From Chitinophagales bacterium (GTDB lineage Bacteria > Bacteroidota > Bacteroidia > Chitinophagales > UBA2359), in the NCBI GenBank assembly GCA_020629595.1, contig JAHDDA010000002.1:2129-26272 (forward strand): a stretch of DNA of 24,144 nt. The letters are read 5' to 3'. The position numbers and the translations under genes are program-made. This document shows, piece by piece, positions 8,227-16,211 of this stretch (within the stretch, counting starts at the first letter, position 1; every line of letters begins with the position of its first letter). Below the pieces are notes generated by a model, which had not been told where the DNA came from, made no database searches, and was given only the letters and a program-made list of their open reading frames with translations.

Positions 8227-8934
8227 CTAAAATTGAGGTTGAAAAATAATTTCTTTCGATGCTTTTCCGTATCTAAACAATACATCAAGAATACTTAAAT
8301 AAGGAATAAAATTACTATTATTTTGCTTGTAAATTGGGTGATTGTAGTTATGATAAACCAATTCAATGTTATTTTCTTTAAATGAGGTTTCATTCATATA
8401 AGCTTTTGAAGCTGGACCAGATAAATAATGACTTGCATTTAATGATTTACAAATATTAACTAAGTGTTCAGTAGCATTTGAATAAGGTTCGTATTGCAGA
8501 TTGGAACTCTTTAAAATTTTGGTTTTAATTTCTAAGTAATCGGCAATAGATTGACAAATTTCGACATTTAAAGCTGATAAATTTCCAAACTCACTTTTTA
8601 AGCAATTACTTAACAGCAAAAATACTTCTTCAAAATACTTTTCTTTCCTATAACTTTCTTTAATGAGCCACAAATGCTGTTTTATCCATTTGTTTTGTTG
8701 GTAATTTATACTTATTTCATTTATCAGTTGCTTATAATTTCCTTTAGATTGAATTGGTATAGTCAATAGTTTTTTTTCTCCTTTTAAGTTTAAAAAATAA
8801 TTTCTATTTCTCCAATCTCGGCGAGTGTATTGCACATTATCGAAATAAACAAATGTATCTACATTCATCATCATATTAAAATGCCCCAACCAAGGAATAT
8901 AAGAAGGTTGTAATATGACAACTTTGTTAGCCAT
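8227..8934 (-). CDS. WbqC family protein
   Basis: ILQPSYIPWLGHF, FVYFDNVQY..RDWRNRN, LTIP, YLSGPASKAY, YLSILDVLF. Confidence 0.93.
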   Translation of the reverse strand: MANKVVILQPSYIPWLGHFNMMMNVDTFVYFDNVQYTRRDWRNRNYFLNLKGEKKLLTIPIQSKGNYKQLINEISINYQQNKWIKQHLWLIKESYRKEKYFEEVFLLLSNCLKSEFGNLSALNVEICQSIADYLEIKTKILKSSNLQYEPYSNATEHLVNICKSLNASHYLSGPASKAYMNETSFKENNIELVYHNYNHPIYKQNNSNFIPYLSILDVLFRYGKASKEIIFQPQF

Positions 8935-9802
8935 TTATTATTTCTTCAATTTCGTAAGTGAAAGGTTCTTTCCTATTTTGATAAGAAACACATTTATAAA
9001 ATAAAATGCTTAAAATAAGTAATAAAACTAAAAGAGGAATAAAAAGATAAAGATTATACAAAAGTGCAAAAACGGAAAAAAAACTCAATAAAATCAATGA
9101 AAATTTTAAAAGCTCTTTGAATTTAAAGCCAAAACCAAAGCTTGCAAAAGCAAATAGTTTCAATAACTTTCTAAGATTATATTTACTTTCTCCTATATTT
9201 CTGTTTTCTTGATTCACAAAAATAGTATCATATTCAACTCCAATATTCGCAAATATTCCTGCATAAAATGGAATTATTTTAGGATACTTTTTAAGTTTTT
9301 CTAAAACATCTTTATTAAATAACCTTAGCATAGCTTGATCTTTAGGAATATCTAAACCAGAGGCAAAATTTATCCATTTCCAAAAAAAAGAAGAAGTAGT
9401 TTTCTTAAAAAAAGAGCCTTTTTTTTGTTTTCTAATGGTATAAATAAGTGGCTTTTCGTTTGAAATTTTATCTAATAATAGCTTAATATTTTCAGGTTTA
9501 TCTTGTAAATCACTGTCCATTAAAACACAATAATCTGAGTTTGTATTATCCAAACCTGCCATAATAGCAATATGATGTCCAAAGTTTTTGGTAAACTTAA
9601 TTACCTTAACGCTTTTATCTTTTATGGCTAATTCTTTGGCAATTTTAAAAGTATTATCATTGCTTCCGTCATCTACAAAAATTAAGTAATTACTAAACTT
9701 TTGCAAATCCTTTTCCCAACACTTTTTTATTCTATTATATAAAGCCAAAACGTTTTCAGCTTCATTGTAAAGTGGTGCTATTATGGTTAATGTTGGTTTC
9801 AA
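8927..9802 (-). CDS. GT2 polyprenyl-phosphate glycosyltransferase, ArnC/GtrB/DPM1-like
   Basis: TTG start; PLYNEAEN, FVDDGSNDNT, NFGHHIAIMAGL, MDSDLQD, R..GESKY, C-terminal membrane helices. Confidence 0.9.
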   Translation of the reverse strand: MKPTLTIIAPLYNEAENVLALYNRIKKCWEKDLQKFSNYLIFVDDGSNDNTFKIAKELAIKDKSVKVIKFTKNFGHHIAIMAGLDNTNSDYCVLMDSDLQDKPENIKLLLDKISNEKPLIYTIRKQKKGSFFKKTTSSFFWKWINFASGLDIPKDQAMLRLFNKDVLEKLKKYPKIIPFYAGIFANIGVEYDTIFVNQENRNIGESKYNLRKLLKLFAFASFGFGFKFKELLKFSLILLSFFSVFALLYNLYLFIPLLVLLLILSILFYKCVSYQNRKEPFTYEIEEIING

Positions 9803-9815
9803 GAGAGTATAAAGT

Positions 9816-9956
9816 TTATTTTAATTCGATTAAACACTTTCTTACTTCATCCCAAGTATAAAATTTCACTTTGTTTTCATTAATAGATTTCATTCTATTA
9901 GCCAACAATTCTTTATGTTCAACTGAAATACTTACATTTTGACTATTCTTTTTCAT
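9816..9956 (-). CDS. Small 46-aa ORF, putative addiction-module (antitoxin-like) component, possibly truncated
   Basis: Below ORF-track cutoff. MKKNSQNVSISVEHKELLANRMKSINENKVKFYTWDEVRKCLIELK*; pattern EHKELLxxR...TWDEVR resembles the C-terminal half of TIGR02574/Unstab_antitox proteins; same strand as neighbours. Confidence 0.55.
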   Translation of the reverse strand: MKKNSQNVSISVEHKELLANRMKSINENKVKFYTWDEVRKCLIELK

Positions 9957-9975
9957 TGAATCTATTTTAAGAAAT

Positions 9976-10000
9976 AGACGTAGCAATGCTACGTCTCTAC
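9976..10000 (-). repeat. GTAG-type REP-like palindrome
   Basis: Minus strand GTAG AGACGTAGCA T TGCTACGTCT: GTAG tetranucleotide followed by a perfect 10-bp inverted repeat. Confidence 0.75.
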
Positions 10001-10106
10001 TAAAATAATTTACTTTTTAAAATATCGTAAAGTTTTTTCTTCAAGAGATTGATAAAGTTCGAGTTACAAACTCTCACAAGCAATCTTTTATGAGAATTGT
10101 TACATT

Positions 10107-10889
10107 TTATAAGGCACTCACTAAAAAGTAAGGATTTAGCAAGTTTTCTTTGTTATATTTTAAAGGTTTTTGAGTTTTGGCATTAATAACGGTTGCACCA
10201 GCACACTCAGCAATTACTTGTCCTGCTCCTGTATCCCACTCCATTGTTGGGGCAAAACGTGGATACATATTGGCTTTCCCTTCTGCTACAAAACAAAATT
10301 TTAAAGAACTTCCAGCCGAAACAAACTCTATGTTAGGAAACTTTTCTTTTTGTTGGTCAACGAAGTTTTGTGTATCTTCATTTAAATGCGAACGGCTAGC
10401 CATTACAACGCAAGTATCGCCAGTTGGTGCTTTTGCCGAAATAGTAGATTTTACACCATTTTCAATTTTATAAGCACATTTATCTTCGCCTTTTCTAGCA
10501 AAATAAGTAGTTGATTTTACAGGTAAATCTATAACACCCAAAATTGGTTCGCCATTATGAATTAAAGCTATATTTACCGTAAACTCACCGTTTTGCTTAA
10601 TAAATTCTTTTGTGCCATCTAATGGATCTACTAGCCAAAAATATTCCCAATTTTTACGGTCTTTGTAAGCAATTTCTTTGCTTTCTTCCGATAAAATTGG
10701 AATTTCAGGATAATGTTTTTCTAAACCTGTAACAATCACATCATTTGCCGCTTTATCAGCTTTTGTTAATGGTGATTTGTCTTCCTTAATCTCCACTCCG
10801 AAGTTATCAGAGTTATAAATTTCTAAAATTGCTTCTCCTGCTTTTTGAGCAATTTCAATTAATATTTTCTCGTCAATCTTATTTAACAT
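10107..10889 (-). CDS. cysQ: 3'(2'),5'-bisphosphate nucleotidase
   Basis: KEDKSPLTKAD, ILSEE, WLVDPLDGTKEF, EFTVNIALI, SRSH, GSSLKFC.VAEG, YPRFAPTMEWDTGAGQ. Start moved to ATG 10889, overlapping the rfbD stop. Confidence 0.95.
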   Translation of the reverse strand: MLNKIDEKILIEIAQKAGEAILEIYNSDNFGVEIKEDKSPLTKADKAANDVIVTGLEKHYPEIPILSEESKEIAYKDRKNWEYFWLVDPLDGTKEFIKQNGEFTVNIALIHNGEPILGVIDLPVKSTTYFARKGEDKCAYKIENGVKSTISAKAPTGDTCVVMASRSHLNEDTQNFVDQQKEKFPNIEFVSAGSSLKFCFVAEGKANMYPRFAPTMEWDTGAGQVIAECAGATVINAKTQKPLKYNKENLLNPYFLVSAL

Positions 10890-11752
10890 TGAGTTTCTTT
10901 GTTTAATAACTTTATACAATTTTTGACTGCATCTTTCCAATAAGGGGGCGAATATCCTACATTTTTTACAAATTTATCAATAGAAAGTAGGCTAAATTTT
11001 GGTCTTGGTGCTGGAAGTGGGTATTCTGAAGTAGGAATTGGTGAAACTTCACAATTTAAGCTTGCTTCTTTCATTATATATTTCGCAAAATCATACCAAC
11101 TTGCTGTTCCCGAATTTGAGAAATGAATTAGCTCAATCTCATTTTCTGAAATTCCTTTTTCAATACAAGTTAAAACGGCTTTTGCTAAATCTTTTGCGTG
11201 TGTTGGTGTAGAAATTTGGTCGTTTACAACAGTTAATTTTTCCTTTTCTTTGCCTAAACGCAACATAATTTTCAAAAAATTATGACCAAATTGACTGTAA
11301 ACCCACGAAGTTCTAAAAACTATTCCTTTGGGTTGAATTGCTAATATTTTTTCCTCGCCTAATTGTTTCGATTTTCCATAAACACTTAATGGATTCGTTT
11401 TGTCATTTTCAGTATAAGCACTTTCAGAAGAACCATCAAAAACATAATCAGTTGAAAAATGAATGAGTGCAATATTGTTTTTCTTACAAAGCTTTGCCAA
11501 ATTCTCAACAGCCTTAGTATTAGTTAAATAACATTTTTCTTGTTCTTCTTCAGCCAAATCAACTTTTGTATATGCAGCACAATTTATAATAATATTGGGT
11601 TCATATTCATTTAATTTACTTTCAACCAAGTTAAAATTGGTAATATCACAATCGGTAGAATTAGAAAACTGCCATTCAAATTTACTATTTTTCGCTAGTA
11701 ATTGAAATTCTTTTCCTAATTGTCCGTTTGCTCCTGTTAGCCAAATTTTCAT
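10883..11752 (-). CDS. rfbD: dTDP-4-dehydrorhamnose reductase
   Basis: MKIWLTGANGQLG, NCAAYTKVD, HFSTDYVFDG, YGKSK, RTSWVYS, DQISTPT, APRP. Start moved to ATG 11752 (track start runs into rfbC). Confidence 0.96.
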   Translation of the reverse strand: MKIWLTGANGQLGKEFQLLAKNSKFEWQFSNSTDCDITNFNLVESKLNEYEPNIIINCAAYTKVDLAEEEQEKCYLTNTKAVENLAKLCKKNNIALIHFSTDYVFDGSSESAYTENDKTNPLSVYGKSKQLGEEKILAIQPKGIVFRTSWVYSQFGHNFLKIMLRLGKEKEKLTVVNDQISTPTHAKDLAKAVLTCIEKGISENEIELIHFSNSGTASWYDFAKYIMKEASLNCEVSPIPTSEYPLPAPRPKFSLLSIDKFVKNVGYSPPYWKDAVKNCIKLLNKETQC

Positions 11753-11804
11753 ATACTGAAAATATAAGTAAAACTGGGAAAACCCTGTTCGTTTATTTAG
11801 TATT

Positions 11805-12362
11805 TTAAACTTTAAATGTGCTTTTATCAAACTCTTCCAAAGTCTGAAAATTCAAATCTCTGTCGTTTACAATTTGTTTTTCAGTTGGAATTTGCCAATC
11901 AATTTTCAAGTTTAGATCGTTTATTTTTATGCCGTCTTCGTATTTTTTAGCATAAAAATTATCGCATTTATAATGAAACATTGCCATTTCAGATAGCACC
12001 GAAAAACCGTGTGCAAATCCACGTGGAATCAATAATTGTTTCTTATTTTTAGCCGAAATTATTACTTCAAACTTTTTAAGATAAGTTGCAGAGTTTTTTC
12101 GTAAATCTACTACAACATCTAGCACTTTTCCTTGTAAAACTTCTATTAATTTTGCTTGTGCGTATTCTCCCCTTTGAAAATGTAATCCTCGAATAACTCC
12201 ATATTCAGAAACAGAAATATTATCTTGAACAAATTGATAATTCAGTCCTAATTTCTGAAATGCACTTTCATTATGTATTTCAAAAAAATAACCTCTTTCA
12301 TCTCCAAACACTTTTGGTTCAATTGTATATAAATCTTTAAATCCTGTTTCAACTAAATTCAT
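11805..12362 (-). CDS. rfbC: dTDP-4-dehydrorhamnose 3,5-epimerase
   Basis: PKVFGDERGYFFE, FVQDN.S.S, RGLHFQ, QAKL, DVVVDLRKNS, LLIPRGFAHGF, YKCDNFY. Confidence 0.97.
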   Translation of the reverse strand: MNLVETGFKDLYTIEPKVFGDERGYFFEIHNESAFQKLGLNYQFVQDNISVSEYGVIRGLHFQRGEYAQAKLIEVLQGKVLDVVVDLRKNSATYLKKFEVIISAKNKKQLLIPRGFAHGFSVLSEMAMFHYKCDNFYAKKYEDGIKINDLNLKIDWQIPTEKQIVNDRDLNFQTLEEFDKSTFKV

Positions 12363-13435
12363 AAATTTTCTGAATTTTCGTAACGCAAGGCGTCTTTAAT
12401 AAGTTTGAAAAACAAAATTAATACTGTAGCAATCATTAAAGCACCAATTATAGCAACAGCATAAAAAATAATTGGTATAGGATATAGTTCTTTCAAAGGT
12501 AGTTCTGGATAATCTATTATTTGAATTATTGGTTTTGAGCTTTCTAACTCTAATTTAGCCAACTCAAATGCCTGAACAGATTCTTTGTATAAATTTGAAG
12601 TAATTTCAGCTTCTCTTTCCATTTTTGCTTTGGTCAAATATTCATCGGGTGTAAGTGAAAAAGCACCCATTCGTAAAGTGTATTTATTCAACCATGCTCT
12701 TAAAGTCGCCTCTTTCTCTTTCAGTAAATTATTTAAGGAGTCAACTCTTGAAGCCAACATATCATTGTTTTCTTGTTGTGTTTGCACCGATTTTTGAGAA
12801 TAAAAATCTCTTAAATTTTCAACTAATTTTACGGTAAAACCTTGCGTAAATGCTTCATTATTCGTTACGCATTTTGTTACTACAACGCCATTATCTGAAA
12901 CAGTAACTCTAATTTTATCTTTTTTCAATTCCTTTATTGCTTCCGAAATAAAGTGCATTTCATTTTCTGCAAAAACATCTGTATCAAAAACATCATTAAA
13001 TGCTTTTGCTTCTACTCTACCGCTACTATTTTTAACTAATTTTTGATAATGGTTGATGAATAAATCTTTTTTGCCATTAATAGTATGTTCATTTAGCAAA
13101 GTAGTTTTTAACATTCTGTTTGAAGCCAATAACTCTGCTAAAATTTCGGCATTCATTCCACCGCTACTTGAGCCACCACCCACGTTAAGCCCGAAAGAAT
13201 TTGCCATTCTAAGCAAATTACTTACTTTCCCTCCACTAGATTGGTTGGTCATAAAAGTTAAGCGAGCTTCGTAAGTTGTTGCTTTATTAGCAATGTACCA
13301 GAATGTTAATCCGCAAAAAACTACTATAAAAAAAAGGTAAACATACCATTTTCTAAATAGCTCTTTGAAGTAATCAATAGCAACTACAATTGAATTACTT
13401 GATTTTTTATTGGTATTTTGTTGCGTTTGGTTCAA
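12359..13435 (-). CDS. Wzz-like polysaccharide co-polymerase / chain-length determinant
   Basis: TTG start; N- and C-terminal TM helices flanking a coiled-coil periplasmic region; IQIIDYP before the last TM; no kinase domain; follows the SLBB gene. Confidence 0.8.
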   Translation of the reverse strand: MNQTQQNTNKKSSNSIVVAIDYFKELFRKWYVYLFFIVVFCGLTFWYIANKATTYEARLTFMTNQSSGGKVSNLLRMANSFGLNVGGGSSSGGMNAEILAELLASNRMLKTTLLNEHTINGKKDLFINHYQKLVKNSSGRVEAKAFNDVFDTDVFAENEMHFISEAIKELKKDKIRVTVSDNGVVVTKCVTNNEAFTQGFTVKLVENLRDFYSQKSVQTQQENNDMLASRVDSLNNLLKEKEATLRAWLNKYTLRMGAFSLTPDEYLTKAKMEREAEITSNLYKESVQAFELAKLELESSKPIIQIIDYPELPLKELYPIPIIFYAVAIIGALMIATVLILFFKLIKDALRYENSENL

Positions 13436-13462
13436 AATTTAATGGTGTTGCATATTTCAGAA

Positions 13463-13487
13463 AAACGTAATAATCCTTCGCTTCTAC
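13463..13487 (-). repeat. Degenerate GTAG REP-like copy
   Basis: Minus strand GTAGAAGCGAAGGATTATTACGTTT aligns without gaps to the 9976-10000 element at 18/25 positions. Confidence 0.45.
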
Positions 13488-13493
13488 AAAATT

Positions 13494-16151
13494 TTAATTT
13501 CTAACTTGTTGTACAATTACTAAGATTGATAAAATTGCCGTTACTTTAGAGGTAAAGCTCTCAAAAGCATCGTTCCAATTTCTTCTTTCTCTTTCCTCTA
13601 ATCTTATAGCTTCACGTTTTTTACGATCTGTTAAATCTACAAAAACTGTTGCACCTTCTTCTACCTTTGGATATTTTTTGAAAAAGAAAAACGATTGAGT
13701 TCTTTCAATTTCACCGTTTGGTTGTTCAACATAGGTTTTTAGTCTTTTACCATAATCTCCAAAACCTGCACCATATTTTCTAATATAATGGCGTGCATCT
13801 TTAAGTTTTCCGTCAAAAGGAACTTTAATAACTGTTGCAACCGTATCGTAATCAAAATGTTGCATTTGTCCACGAATGGTAACAATATTTTCAATTTTAG
13901 GGATGTGTAATGAATCTAAATCGCTTAAATAATAATCGTAAGGCGAATTATTTGGATTATTTAAGACTTCTTCTACATCTAATAAAACCTTTGCATAAAA
14001 AACAGGTTCGTGTATTATTTCATCTGTTTTTTTAATCTTAGATTTCTCTTCTTCTCTAAAATTTTCTAAAAACTCTTTTTCTTCTATTGAAAGTTCTTCA
14101 GGTCGTTTGGCTCTATATAAAACAGAAGCATTTTTGTGTGCCGCCGAAGTTAAACCACCTGCACGTTTTATTAAAGAAGAAACTTTTTCGGTTTTACTTG
14201 TTAAAGCATATTCTCCAGGCAAAACAACTTCGCCAGTAAGCATAACTTTTTGTTGTGTTTGAAAATTTGGATTTCTACGAATAAAAACCTTGTCATAAGG
14301 TTTCATTTCAAATTTTGCATCTTGCTCATTTACCTTTAAGTCAAGACCTATTTCTATTTGCTTAATAGTAAAATAGGCATCTTTCTTAGAAGTTTCTCCT
14401 TCAAAAGCCGCTAATCTAGAAACTTCAACAATACTGCCGCCTGCTTCTCTGGAAATTCCACCTGATAAATAAATAAAATCTTGAAGCGTCATTCCTTCTA
14501 CATATTCATATTCTCCTGGCACACGCACTTCTCCTGAAATTTCTACTAATAAATCTTGTCTAAATACTTCTTTTGAAACAAAATAAATTGAATCTTGACG
14601 TTCTAATAATATATTTTCTGGTGAATTTTGATTGATTAAAATTTCAGAAGGTGTAAATGGAATTACATAACGAGAATAATCTTCATCTCTCATTCTGAAA
14701 ACATAGGCACGATTCATATCTGCATTTTCTAAAGGTCCTCTTGCTCTATAAATTAAATCTGACAATCTATCGTTTTCACTGAATTGATATTTCCCTGGCG
14801 CACGAACAGCTCCACCAACTACAACAAAATTATGCACATAATCTGGAATGGAATTTACAAAAATGGTATCGCCATTTAAAAGGTTGAAATCTCTACGAAC
14901 ATTCATTAAACTATCGTAAGGAATATCTAACCAAACTGATTTGTTATCTTCATAACGCTTTACAGAAATTGTTCGAGTGAAGGCTTTTGGATTTAATCCA
15001 CCAGCATATTTAATCAAATCTTTAAGTGTTTCGCCTTCCTTCAATTCGTAATTAAAAGGGCGTTTTACTTCACCAGCTATATGCACAACTTTTCCTACTG
15101 GCGGTACAATTATATAATCATTATCGCCTAAAAAGTTATCTTGTTCTGAGTTTGGATTATTTAGAAACTCATAAACATCTAATATTTGTTCGGTCTTTCC
15201 GTTTCGTTTAATCATTATATTTCTAACCGAACCAATATCGTTTGGACCATCGGTAGCCACCAAAATATCGAAAGCAGAATAAACTGAAGAAACTCGGTAT
15301 GTTCCTGGGTTAAAAACTTCTCCTGCAACATTAACTCGAACTCTACGGTTTCGAGTTAAAGAAATGGCAATATCATTATTTTTTTGCCCGTAAACACTAA
15401 AAATCCTATCCTTTATTAATTCTTTTGCTTCGGAAAAACGCAAACCTTTAACTGTTACTTGCCCAACAAGCGGAATATCTAAATTTCCATTTACATCTAC
15501 TTGGTAAGTTGAATTTAATTGACGATAACCCCATAAAATAACGGTTAACTCATCGCCTGATTTTAGTTGATATTCGGCTGGTGGATTTACGATAAAATCG
15601 TCTTCTGGTTCAATAGAAATAAAGTTTTTTCTAAAGTAATCGTGACCATATAAATTTGCTTGTGGTAAAGCAGTAAATTTCTTAAAAATTGCCTTTTTCT
15701 GATTGGCAATATAGGCTTCTAAAAAGGTAATATTTAATGCTTCAGGGTCGTTTGCATTCTGAATTTTGAACTTCATTAACTGCAAACTATCTTGCATTGC
15801 ATTAATTTGTTGCAAATCTTTTAATAAATCATCTGAAACACCAATTAACTCTAAAATTTCTGGATTGGCGAATAAAACTTCTTCATTTAAATTTACTGTA
15901 TCAATACCAGGAACTAAATTTTGAGATTGTAAATATTTATCGTAATTACTTTCTAAATAAGTTTGGTATTGTTCTTTTGAAATATCGGCATTTTGACTTT
16001 GTGCATAGTTGTTAAACACATCTTGTTCAAAACTCTGACCATTGTTTGTATTCTGATTTAAACCTCCTATTGGATAATTGTAAGTTTGTGCTGAAACGAC
16101 AATATTAAACAATAGAAAATAAAAAGTTATTTGTAGAAATAATGATTTCAT
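13494..16151 (-). CDS. Polysaccharide export protein with Poly_export and multiple SLBB domains (Wza/KpsD-like)
   Basis: YQLKSGDEL, IPLVGQV.V.GL...EA; repeated SLBB starts VAGEVFNPGTY, IAGEVKRPFNY, VGGAVRAPGKY, ISGEVRVPGEY, LTGEVVLPGEY; signal peptide. Start moved to ATG 16151 because the track's TTG lies in the promoter element. Confidence 0.92.
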   Translation of the reverse strand: MKSLFLQITFYFLLFNIVVSAQTYNYPIGGLNQNTNNGQSFEQDVFNNYAQSQNADISKEQYQTYLESNYDKYLQSQNLVPGIDTVNLNEEVLFANPEILELIGVSDDLLKDLQQINAMQDSLQLMKFKIQNANDPEALNITFLEAYIANQKKAIFKKFTALPQANLYGHDYFRKNFISIEPEDDFIVNPPAEYQLKSGDELTVILWGYRQLNSTYQVDVNGNLDIPLVGQVTVKGLRFSEAKELIKDRIFSVYGQKNNDIAISLTRNRRVRVNVAGEVFNPGTYRVSSVYSAFDILVATDGPNDIGSVRNIMIKRNGKTEQILDVYEFLNNPNSEQDNFLGDNDYIIVPPVGKVVHIAGEVKRPFNYELKEGETLKDLIKYAGGLNPKAFTRTISVKRYEDNKSVWLDIPYDSLMNVRRDFNLLNGDTIFVNSIPDYVHNFVVVGGAVRAPGKYQFSENDRLSDLIYRARGPLENADMNRAYVFRMRDEDYSRYVIPFTPSEILINQNSPENILLERQDSIYFVSKEVFRQDLLVEISGEVRVPGEYEYVEGMTLQDFIYLSGGISREAGGSIVEVSRLAAFEGETSKKDAYFTIKQIEIGLDLKVNEQDAKFEMKPYDKVFIRRNPNFQTQQKVMLTGEVVLPGEYALTSKTEKVSSLIKRAGGLTSAAHKNASVLYRAKRPEELSIEEKEFLENFREEEKSKIKKTDEIIHEPVFYAKVLLDVEEVLNNPNNSPYDYYLSDLDSLHIPKIENIVTIRGQMQHFDYDTVATVIKVPFDGKLKDARHYIRKYGAGFGDYGKRLKTYVEQPNGEIERTQSFFFFKKYPKVEEGATVFVDLTDRKKREAIRLEERERRNWNDAFESFTSKVTAILSILVIVQQVRN

Positions 16152-16157
16152 TAGGTG

Positions 16158-16165
16158 CAAAGTTA
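16158..16165 (-). promoter_or_regulatory. Bacteroidetes -7 promoter element TAACTTTG for the export/rhamnose operon
   Basis: Exact TAnnTTTG followed by CA, 6 nt upstream of ATG 16151. Confidence 0.6.
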
Positions 16166-16211
16166 AAAATTCTATTCCGAAAACGAGGATTATTTCGTTA
16201 AGGTATAATTT

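Noticed and set aside
9382-9426. 8-nt A/T homopolymers in GT2 (similar runs in lnt, Wzz-like gene and menD) as phase-variation tracts
   Set aside because: Runs of 8 are expected at this AT content and all frames are intact.
10890-11830. N-terminal extensions in track ORFs for cysQ and rfbD (likewise SLBB, MBL hydrolase, fmt)
   Set aside because: Extensions overlap neighbouring genes or promoter elements and precede the conserved N-terminal motifs; downstream ATGs fit better.
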